The translations under genes and the position numbers were made by a program. From positions 3,472,001-3,536,000 of the forward strand of contig NW_025766780.1 of assembly GCF_003918875.1 (NCBI RefSeq): DNA of 64,000 nt, in the 5' to 3' direction. The stretch comes from Haliotis rubra. Lineage: Eukaryota. Positions 53,663 to 64,000 of the stretch are shown in pieces (position 1 is the stretch's first letter; the number at the start of each line of letters is the position of its first letter). Below the pieces are notes generated by a model that saw only the letters and a program-made list of their open reading frames with translations, ran no database searches and was not told the origin of the DNA.

Positions 53663-54642
53663 ATGGATGATTTAGAGAAGAGGACGTTAATTTTAGAGTA
53701 TTATAACAAAGACATCAGATCAGCTAAAGTGATTTCAAGTAGAACAGGCATCCCTTTGTCCACTGTTTATCGTGTTTTGAAAAATATTGCAAATGGATAT
53801 GGCATTGAGCACCAGGGAGGCGCAGGTAGGCCCAGAAAATTGACTGTCGGTGACAGGAGGCGGCTTGGTATTCTTGTTTCTAAAAACAAACGAAGGAGTT
53901 TAGAAAACTTAAGGCTGGATATGATTGATAGAGGAACTGTGGCTGTCTGTAAGGAGACAATTAGAACTGAGCTGCATGCAATGGGTTGGCAGAAAAGTCG
54001 AGGAATTCCATCACCGATCATGAAACCTGAACAAAAGGAGCGAAGGTTGAACTGGTGCTTACAGCATAGAAATTATAACTGGGACAATGTGATTTTCTCA
54101 GATGAAAGTTCTGTGTGGCTGTTTCCTAATACACTGAAATTCTGGACCAAACAAACTGAAACACCTTTGTATCAGCGCCCAAAGTACAGTCCGAAATTTA
54201 ACGTGTGGGGGGGCATATCTGTGTTAGGGGCAACGCCCCTCTGTGTATTTGAAGGGAATATGCACAGTGAGCGGTACACAGATATTCTCGAGGGACATTT
54301 ACTTCCATCTGCTCACGTGTTCTATGGAAATTTTTTGATTTTCCAGCAGGACAACGACCCAAAACATCGTTCAAAGCATTCACAGGCCTGGTTTCGGACC
54401 CAAATATGACATTATTAGATTGGCCAAGCTATAGCCCTGACTTAAATCCAATAGAAAATGTTTGGGGACTTATGAAGGAAAGTGTCAATAACAAAAATCT
54501 GACTAATATTGCTGAAATGAAAGAAGAGTTGGTCCGATATTGGGACAGCATGGACCACGGCTTTCTAACTTCTTTGATCAGTAGTATGCCCCGCCGCATT
54601 GAAGCCTGCATTGCTGCCCATGGTGACTTGACAAAATACTAA
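53663..54642 (+). mobile_element. Tc1/mariner (DD34E) transposase, one frameshift at about 54403
   Basis: HTH-like N-terminus, GRPRK, VIFSDES, FQQDNDPKH and WPSYSPDLNPIENVW motifs. The second D-to-E spacing is 34 aa after adding 1 nt. No matching right TIR found. Confidence 0.9.
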
Positions 54643-56904
54643 CTGTTAACCTGTCTTTGAAGCTGGAGTTATGTTCTGCTAATTTTCACATTTAATACGT
54701 AAGTAATGAGTGAAATTTTAAAAAAAATTACAATTGTCAAACTGTTGTCGAGAAATAGGATCGGTCTCTATTCTCACCAACCTTTCCATCAAACTTTCGG
54801 TGTGCACAAACTCGATTTGACGTGTGATGTGTTGTCAAACTCGTTTTGTTCAGGAACAACCAATCGCAGTCAACGAACTTGTCACGTGACCGCACCGATA
54901 GAGACTTGCCGCTCAAATGACACGAAAGTTTGACAACATGTGTTTGACGTGTGGAAACGCGAGTTTGACAGTTTCTAAAATTTTAACAGCATGTGTTGTC
55001 AAACTTTAGTTGTCCGTGTGAAGGCCGCTTAAGTATCGACGTGAGGTGGTAACATGTATTCATGCATGTACAGTACAACATTTAACTGCAACCACAGTGG
55101 GAATTGATCCCCGCCTCCAAACGGATCACACAATCACGAACAATACAATATACATCCAGAAAGTACTTGCAAACTGTCCTTGGTGCCTCTATTTATGATC
55201 CTGTTTTCACATACCGCACACCTCGTCACGCAATCAACAAGCAAGCCACTGAAACGGATCAAACTTAACCGCACCTTGCTGCTTAACGTAGAGTTCCCGG
55301 ATCTATTGTAACACATGCAAACTCTAATTGACAGGACGTCTAGCGTATTGACAAGTCGATGCTTACAACCTCTGACTCGTTAATAAGGTGATTTTAACGT
55401 CAGAACGACATTGAACGGTGATGGTTGTGTGGTTAATAGAATGATAGCATTTGATGATTGTTTGGTTGATAGAATGATATCATAAGATTATTTGAAAATC
55501 ATTTAAACCATACAGGAACTTGTTTTCAATACGTTTTTGTACCCAGAAGCGTATATAACTCATATATTTTATAATAGCGTAATATACAAAACACATAGAG
55601 CGTATACTACGTATTCGCCGGTTACAACATTACGATGTGTCGAGTGAAGCATCTATTCTCCTGGGCGTGTTACACAAGAAGGTTTTGTGTGCTGATTGAA
55701 TGCGCGGTGTATATAATCATCTTATTTGAGCCTGAATACTTTTGTTTCAAGCCTTTACCACTCTCTGATTCTTCTGTAACCTGGGTTTGATTGGCCTCTC
55801 AAATAGTGTCATATAGGCAAGTAAAATGTACTGATTGTGCTTCATATAAAGTTAACTAAATGATCTACTCTGAAGTAATGCAACTTTAAATACACATTCC
55901 TTCGTCATTATGCATGCTACACCATACGTGTTGTTTGTTAATGTGAATAACACACAATGAGTGTTTAGCTGTAAGGTGCTCATAATAACACTTTTATCTA
56001 ACCATAACGGTTACACAATGCCATGGCTTGCTAATTTGCAACGTCCACGCGCCGAAGGTTGAAGTTTCAACATTGTGTCAACCTCTTTATATATTACAAT
56101 TTGTAGCTACTGACATTGATTCAATTGATTGAATAGAACTGGTCCGTTACCCATTTGTTCCTGTGGTGCTCGACAAAGCCGTCGAAATATTGGCGTTGTT
56201 TCATAGCATTTTACCGTTATTATGTCAACATGGCTAAAGGTGTTTTCTTCTTACAAATGTACATGTAAATATTCTTACATATGTAGTGTTATTAACACCC
56301 TTCCATCCATTTCACACAAAGTTCAGGATTCTTTCTTGTGTACTGCTTATAAGCCTAACACTGTTAATGATTTGACATCAAAGAAGACTTGTCATGACCT
56401 CAGGGAAAGAATCGAGCTATTTGTTTCTTATCATACGTAAATCGATTCTTTATTCGTTAAGGGGAGTCAACTCATGGGTGCTTGAGTGTTCGTTGAAACG
56501 TAGGACTGTGTAGGACATACACTCTGTATTGACAGAATACATGTACTATTTTATCCGAGAGACGTTCGACGAATTTTTGTTATGTGTTTATAATGATGAG
56601 CCCCTAAGTATACGCAGCGATAAGTGTTATGGGGATCTTTGGACATGAAAAGTTGTCCATACCATCTATAAGTCAATATTGCTTTAACTACAACAAAAGT
56701 GACACTCTATTGTACGCGTATGGCTTCGAATGCTCTGCCGCAGACACTGGCGGACTTGACATGTTCAAGAGAAATATATCAGTACTGTTTCTGAAGATTC
56801 ATGCTTCTCTAGTGTTTTGTAAACATAATAGCGTCCAGCTTGAGTTGATTATCCACCGAAGAGCAGAGATGTTGCAGTGTACAGCTCCACAGGCCTACTG
56901 TACG

Positions 56905-57128
56905 GTTGTTTGCTTGTTATTAAACTCCGGACCCAGCAAAATTCCAGCTATATGGCGGTGATCTGTAAATATAATCGAGTGTGGACCAGACAGTCAAGTG
57001 ATCAGCAGCATGAGCATCGATCTATGCAACTGGGATACGATGACCTGTGGCCTGACCGCCCGATCCCGTTAGTCGCCTCTTACGACAAGCATGGGTTGCT
57101 GAAGATTGATTCTAATCCGGATCTTCAA
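56905..57128 (-). mobile_element. SINE family B
   Basis: Reverse copy. Confidence 0.8.
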
Positions 57129-57944
57129 GAGTCACGGGACTACCGAAGTCACCATGACCACCTGTTTTAAGAAACAGCTGTGTGTGGGATTTTTCATAAA
57201 AGTGGGCTCTTCAATATCATTCAATACATTTCATTCTACCATTGGCATCATATTTAATTAAGGGTGAGTTCTTTTCTTTAGGCGGTCACAAAAGCATCAG
57301 ATTGTCGAAAAACATCTAAAAAACGAAACTGTTGCTGTTTCATAGATATATACTGGGTACACATGTACACTACTTTTAGATCTTCTTGATCAAGGTGAAG
57401 CGTCTGACATTGCAGAATACAATTACATGAATTTCAAAGTGGTAATTGGACAATTTCAGAGTGAGAGTGTCACATGTACAGTTGTTATATCCATTTTGTA
57501 AACGTGTTTTCTATTCCTTAATTGTGTTAACATCATACAGAGGGCCAAGGGTCAGACCACCCGTTTAAGTCTAGCAAGGCGACTGGACAAAGCCACACGA
57601 CCATATACCCTCAATGCAGGGCATGAAGCAATGCCACTCAAAGAAGTTAACCTATGAGATACATGACCTGGCATTGCTTGTGTTAGCTGCCCAGCAGCAG
57701 TTCCACCCTGAAATCTTAGGGTATTCATCTGTCAGAGTGGCAAAACCCTGTATCTTGGACATATTGTGTGATCGGTAACAAACTCCACTATTATCGAAAC
57801 ACATGGGGAATATCTGAAAGCAGGTACCGCATACAATGGTTTAGGATAACCATGTACTTTATATCTGTGAGTAAGTTTCCTGACCTTGCAGAGAAACATT
57901 GACATTTATGGACAGTGGGCGAGCGAATGCGTTTAGGTTGACGG

Positions 57945-58057
57945 CGCTGACAACACAGCTCCTCGCTGACAACACAGCTCCTCGCTGACAACACAGATAC
58001 TCGCTGACAACACAGCTCCTCGCTGACAACACAGCTCCTCGCTGACAACACAGCTCC
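57945..58057. repeat. 19-bp tandem repeat
   Basis: cgctgacaacacagctcct, about 6 copies. Confidence 0.85.
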
Positions 58058-58318
58058 CCAGCTCCTCACGTACAAGGATCCGGCGATAATTAAAATAACG
58101 TCAGCTCTATGGTTCAAATCTATGGATACCGCATCCCGAAGAAACTAGTGGATACTTTTGCACAGTGATTGTGCCCTCTTCGACAACCAAGCGAACTTTG
58201 TCCTGTTTTCGATATTAAACACTTCATAAAAATCCCATTAGATATACGATCAAAGACAAAATGCGCAGTTCAAATATTGCAGTTACATAGTATATATATA
58301 TATACATATGTATGTATG

Positions 58319-58361
<43 letters not shown>

Positions 58362-58535
58362 AAACGAGGGAAATTATTATAAGACCCTGCACATCCCATA
58401 CTCAATGAACAATTGTGTGTCAAAATTTCAACCACTGATTGGGTGCAATTCACTCGTTTACTGGTCCCCATGATCCAGTCCAAGGATTGTGGGGCGTGAT
58501 GCTTGACACCGTTCACTGACCTCCACCTCTATTCG

Positions 58536-58894
58536 ACCGCCTCCGTGGTGTAGTGGTTAGAGCGTCCGCCCGGAGAGCGGAAGGTCGCGGGTTCAATCCC
58601 GGACCGCGTCATACCAAAAGACGTTAAAATATGGTACTTGTTGGTCCCTGCCTGGCGCTCGGCATTAATGGGTACAACAAGGACTGGTCGGCTCGGAGTT
58701 AGTATAATGTGTCTGAGTGGGATATTCATGCTTCACTGCGGCATGGTATCTCAGTGAGCTAGCACTATAAAACAAGCTTCAGTCTGGGCTAGTACAAGCA
58801 GCCGCACATACACATACACACACATGCACGTCGCCATATGAGCGAAATATTCTCAAGCACGACGTTAAACCCAATTTCACCTCACCTCACCTCA
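58536..58894 (+). mobile_element. tRNA-derived SINE, MetaSINE-like
   Basis: A/B boxes (tggtgtagtgg, ggttcaatccc); central aaaatatggtacttgttgg..gcattaa..ggactggtcggctcggag; (CACCT)n tail; 13-bp TSD ccacctctattcg at 58523 and 58895. Confidence 0.85.
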
Positions 58895-59097
58895 CCACCT
58901 CTATTCGGTCGGGTTGGTAATATGGCCTGCTAGGCAGAATTTCATGGCGTTATGCAAAATTAACTGACTCTCAGATTTATTCCGGTTCTTTTCGCAGCAA
59001 GTTTGAAAAGAAAATCACAGGAGATGAAAGTATATTATTCACATGTATTCATTGTTGTTCTGTTCCACATGGTTGTAGCTTGCATCCCCCTATAAAG

Positions 59098-60116
59098 TGC
59101 TTCACTTTGAACAAGATGTCCGTGACGAGCCTCCCCTATATATTGCTTCACTTTGAACAAGATGTCCGTGACGAGCCTCCCCTATATATTGCTTCACTTT
59201 GAACAAGATGTCCGTGACGAGCCTCCCCTATATATTGCTTCACTTTGAACAAGATTTCCGTGACGAGCCTCCCCTATATATTGCTTCACTTTGAACAAGA
59301 TGTCCGTGACGAGCCTCCCCTATATATTGCTTCACTTTGAACAAGATTTCCGTGACGAGCCTCCCTATATATTGCTTCACAAAAGATGTCCGTGACGAGC
59401 CTCCCTATATATTGCTTCACTTTAAACAAGATGATGTGACGAACCTCCCCTATATATTGCTTCACTTTAAACAAGATTTCCGTGACGAGCCTCCCCTATA
59501 TATTGCTTCACTTTGAACAAGATATCCGTAACGAGCCTCCCCTAAATATTGCTTCACTTTAAACAAGTCCGTTTTCCTACAATCGCCAGCGGCTGACGGG
59601 ATGGTGTAAATCCAGCTAGGGTCCATGCAGGTAGCAAAAGTAATGTAAGTCCCCATGGTTCCTAGTATGGTGATCTACCATCAGTTGTTGGCGATCTATA
59701 GCCCGTGTTTTATACTGTATTGTCCTCTTTAATTGAAATGTTTTAGCTTTGTTCGCTAGTTGTATTCATATCTGTGATTCTCTAGTATTTTTACTGTCCA
59801 TCGTCGACAGGTTTTAATCTTAAAAATGTTCTCTCTTTATATTGTATAAATTGTTTTCGTCACGATATGGCTGAGATATTGCCGATGTGACGTTAAATAT
59901 TAACTCACTCACTCACTCACTTGAACAAGATGTCCGTGACGAGCCTCCCCTACATATTGCTTCACTCTAAACAAGTCCGTGACGAGCCTCTCCTGTATAT
60001 TCCTTCACTTTGAACAAGTCCGTGACGAGCCTCCCCTACATACTGCTTCACTACAAATAAGTCCGTGACGAGCCTTCCCCATATGTTGCTTCACTATACA
60101 CAAGATGTCCGTGACG
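59098..60116. repeat. 46-bp minisatellite interrupted by a retroposon insertion (about 59570-59920)
   Basis: tgcttcactttgaacaagatgtccgtgacgagcctcccctatatat, about 10 copies then about 4 copies. Confidence 0.85.
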
Positions 60117-60263
60117 CGCACCCTGTTTGCGTTCGTATACGAAGGACTCTCTACTCACCTACCGTAACAAGAAACTCGTGTCATACGTTACGATCTCATT
60201 TCTTGATAATCACTCCAAGTCGTTACGCACAGACAATCAGAACGTCTACTATAACCGTTAGAC

Positions 60264-63200
60264 ATGCTGGTCGTTGTGATTGCGATTCTTTTGTGCTTAC
60301 AGAATTTGCGTAAGTACATGGGTTTAATTCTTACCTTCCNNNNNNNNNNNNNNNNNNNNNNNNNNNNNNNNNNNNNNNNNNNNNNNNNNNNNNNNNNNNN
60401 NNNNNNNNNNNNNNNNNNNNNNNNNNNNNNNNNNNNNNNNNNNNNNNNNNNNNNNNNNNNNNNNNNNGCTATTTCCAGATTGCATTCCATGGCCTCTGCA
60501 GACAGCCACCGGGTGTTTTGGAAACACCTTTGATGACTTCCTTACTCCTTCTTGCAATACTTCACATGTTATGGCTATCAGTGGGGTGTTTGCAATGGTC
60601 AAAGAACGGACAACAAATTGTCCAGAAGAAGCGGAGTCCAGTAACAGAGATGAGGAGAAGTGCTGTCGTGTAGCACCAGAGGACTGTAAAATGGTCTGCA
60701 CGGTCTCGGACATGCCATATTATTCAGAATGCAGTGGGTTGGAGACTTGCGTGTCTAACGTTGCTAAAGCTGTCACCACATGCAATGATACCAACTTTCT
60801 TGACACATCAAATTATATGCTGATGGAATTCTACTGTATCACAAGTATGTCAAGCATGCATTCCTTATTCTGTTATAATACTTGTTTTCATGCATATGTA
60901 TTAACAAAGCGCCATTCTGTATATACGCACGGTGTATATAAGCGTAATAGAATATAATACATTGCATGTGTTTAGGATTACACCTTGTCAGAAAATATAT
61001 AACATATCTTACATTTGACCACTTTCTAAATGACATTGTCGATTCATTAAACATATTCCCCCTATTTCTTTAGGTATCCGGGCAAAATATCTGTTACGAT
61101 AAGAATACATAACATATGATACGAGAAAGAAATGTAAATATATTTTCTTATACATCTATTCATTTATATACACGCATCAAGGTCTTCTTTTCTGACTCTG
61201 AATGAGGTTATATGTGCCCTGACCAGTAGATCCGTGTGCATTCAAGTTACCATTCACAATTCCCTAGGGACTATATACAACACATGCTGCTGGGACACTA
61301 GATGTTTTACTTCCATATATCTTATATCCTGATGGATGGACAAGTCAAGAAATATCACGCTAGTCTAGAATGATGTGGCAAGTCTGTATCGCCTCAGCTA
61401 CTGAAAGTTGGCATTGTATTTTATTTGTTGGCAGATATATATTATTAAATGAGACAGACTTACTCCTGGGACTAGATGTTAATGTAGGTGAACAGAGGCT
61501 TTATTGAACTAACTTTCTTGCCTCGGATGAGACCACGGTTTTCATGTGAATGTACTGATTCGGTTTTCACCGACACTTCATATCCGTCAGATTACGTACT
61601 GGGCCTAGTTATTGTAAAGAAAATTATTGGTGAAGAAATATCACTATCGGGTTACGATCTTAGGGGCAGGAGCTTTAGAAGACCAAAGAGGACGTAGTGA
61701 CAACTATCTTCCTGAAGGTTAAGAGCATCTTAGGATATCTTCTGATGAACAAACGCAGTTAATCATCAAATATTAGTGGCTTACTTTCGTTCGAATTTAA
61801 CTATTGATTGACTTGTTTAATATCATTTCTCGCCAGGGTCCCTCATCCTCAATGCAAGCAGCACTGAAGCAGGTACAACGAGAGGGACCGCTGTGTATGT
61901 ACAAAATCAAGGTTACCCTAAGTCGTCAGAAATAGGAGGGTCTTGCAGTGTTTCCTCCTCCTGCAATACAACAATAGTATTGAGTGTCATACACCTCAAC
62001 CTTAACAACAGCTCCAACGCATGTAATCAACATGTGAACATCACTGATGGAAGCGACAATCTCAGCATTAACTGTTCCCATAACAACCATGGAGATCACT
62101 TTCCTATTACAGATGTCTACACAAGCATCGGCTATTTCCTTGTGCTGGATTTTACTACTGTCGTGACTGGCGCCAAGGGACAGTTGTGGATAGAAATTAG
62201 AGGTAATAGGTAGCGCAGGAGGTAAAAAAACGTCTGTTCAAAAATTCGAAATACTTTTGAAATAGAAGTTTGACGTTCAAAGCCTGTAATATACCCTCGG
62301 ACACAGAGCACGTTGGGATTAAATTGCATGAGTATCATAGCAAAACCATTTATCAGTGTCTTTATCAATGTTAATATTATTAACTGCAAACGTTTACAAC
62401 GTTCAGCTGACGGCCCCAATACGCTTCCTTTCGTAAGGTTCAAATCCATATTCGACCATGGACCTTCGATGTGGATCGTCAGCAATTTCTGAACCTTTGG
62501 CTGTTGACGAATGCCCCGTTAACACAACAACAACAACAACAACAACAACAGCGTCCACGACAACACCATTATCACACATGGTGTCGGAAAGGACGTCTAC
62601 CATCCTCAGAAACACTTCACGTTAGCATTGATTGGGTTGGATATATATAGTTATTTAATTGTCAAACACCAATACATGCATGCTCTACATTACCAGCAGT
62701 TAATATGTAAGTCATATATCTAATTGATATGTGCTGTATTCGGAACTTAACTTTAAACCTCGTACTGATGAACTTCCTCAGGAGTGTAACTTCATTTCAT
62801 TGACGTATTTGGAAACTAAACAGCAAGGAACAATGTCATTTGTCAAATTAAACCAATATGTTGTGAGATATGACGGGTATTAATTCTCAGTATATAGGGA
62901 TAGGTTTTGAAGTATCAGCAGATACGCAAAAATGAATATATCATTGTATACAAGTAGCTCAGATTAAAGAAAGGCAACTTTTGAGGAAATCAGCTTCACT
63001 TTGGTCCAGTTTCATTGATTTCACATAAATATGTATTCCCCTTTACTTTCAGAAAACTGGATAAACGTATTGATTGTCGTTGGGATACTCTTAACCATGA
63101 TGATTGTGTTTTCGGGAATACTTGAATGTAGATCTCGGAGACAGAAGAGAGCGAACAAGGTATTATTCCATGTCTTGATGTACCATTTGTATCACATTGT

Positions 63201-64000
63201 TCCAGTGTACTATTCATGAGTTTCAGAGTTTGAATGCTTATTGCGTAGGTATGACCATAGTTTTCTTCTTAGTCTTAACATACCACGTTGTGAACCCTTT
63301 AACTCACTCCTTGCGGACAAAGGTCGGTGGTCATAAAGTTTCTTAATGCTTGTTCACATGGGTTGGTCACCTCTCAGTGACCCCGCCTTCATGGTCCGTT
63401 GTTCTCAGCATTAGCCATATTTAGTTTTCGGAGCAATATCAATTGCACAATACATTACGTCGTGGAATGTTTTTTTCCAAGTTGCATTATTAGTGTGTTA
63501 TTTCATAAGGTAAAATTGATAGTGAATCACCCTGACAACTTGGCATGTTGTACAGGTACATCCATCCGGTAACACACAGGCCAGCGACCATCATGGACTG
63601 CCTCTCTATGCTTTTGGCCCGAAACCGGAGACAATTACACAGATAGCGCCAACCCGAGGAATACTGTCTCCGCAACAGTCATCAAGACAAACCGTACATA
63701 AACGCACCTCCTCAAGTGACTCTGTTCCACCGGAACTGAGGAAGTTCGGCGATACCAAATTGCAGACTATACCGAGTGCTGGTCAGACACTTCCTCCAGT
63801 CAGGTCTCCACAGCCTCCTCGGTCAGTAGACGTGCCCACATTATCTTCACAATCTCCAACTGTGTCAGCATCTGCAGGAGCGCTAAATGGTCACGTTGGC
63901 AACAACATCGTTGTGGAAGATGCGGGCCAGAGTGAATACATGCAGACAGAGAGGAACAGGAAAAAAAAGAAGAGAAAGAAAGACAAAACGAGTGAAGATG
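60264..64000 (+). CDS. Paralog 5: type I membrane protein (signal, SUEL-like, CUB-like, Thr stalk, TM, Pro/Lys-rich tail), runs off window end; 31-nt insertion in stalk exon
   Basis: Exons: 60264-60309 (MLVVVIAILLCLQNL), 60479-60844, 61837-62202, 62407-62620, 63053-63159 (TM WINVLIVVGILLTMMIVFSGIL), 63556 to beyond 64000 (open frame VHPSGNT...RKKKKRKKDKTSED). Confidence 0.78.
60479..60844 (+). CDS. Paralog 5 exon: SUEL/Gal_lectin-like domain
   Basis: TGCFGN..PSC..TNCP..EKCC..EDC..ECSGLETC..TTC..SNYMLMEFYC. Confidence 0.8.
61837..62202 (+). CDS. Paralog 5 exon: CUB-like domain
   Basis: VYVQNQGYP..SCSV..IVLSVIHLNL..AC..V.ITD..INC..VYTS..QLWIEIR. Confidence 0.78.

Noticed and set aside
58536-58610. 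tRNA gene (also 1686-1760 and 52483-52555)
   Set aside because: The tRNA-like heads continue into SINE bodies with tails and TSDs.
59098-59565. CRISPR-like regular repeats (also 46787-46993 and 57945-58057)
   Set aside because: Head-to-tail repeats without unique spacers, no cas genes, and the DNA is eukaryotic.

Overview
Eukaryotic (animal) genomic DNA from a gapped draft assembly. The SINE repertoire looks molluscan, probably abalone (Haliotis); this rests on recall and was not verified. Manual splicing reveals a head-to-tail tandem array of five paralogous + strand genes that the ORF track does not show as genes: 759-9994, 15069-20537, 40188-46613, 48679-53150 and 60264 to beyond 64000. 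An orphan exon of a sixth copy lies at about 13171-13290. All five share one architecture and phase-1 ectodomain introns: signal peptide, a 10-Cys divergent SUEL/Gal_lectin-like domain, a CUB-like domain, a Ser/Thr mucin stalk (about 50 to about 1700 aa), one transmembrane helix with nearby Cys, and a divergent cytoplasmic tail. Three tails carry VxPx ciliary-targeting-like motifs (KVHPS, KVKPI, C-terminal VDPV); another carries Tyr signalling motifs. Every copy has at least one frame disruption as assembled; some look like sequencing indels and others like real lesions. The rest of the window is SINEs of several families, LINE fragments, a Tc1 DD34E transposase, MITEs, a decayed Polinton/adintovirus-like gene, a 28S rRNA fragment and mini/microsatellites.
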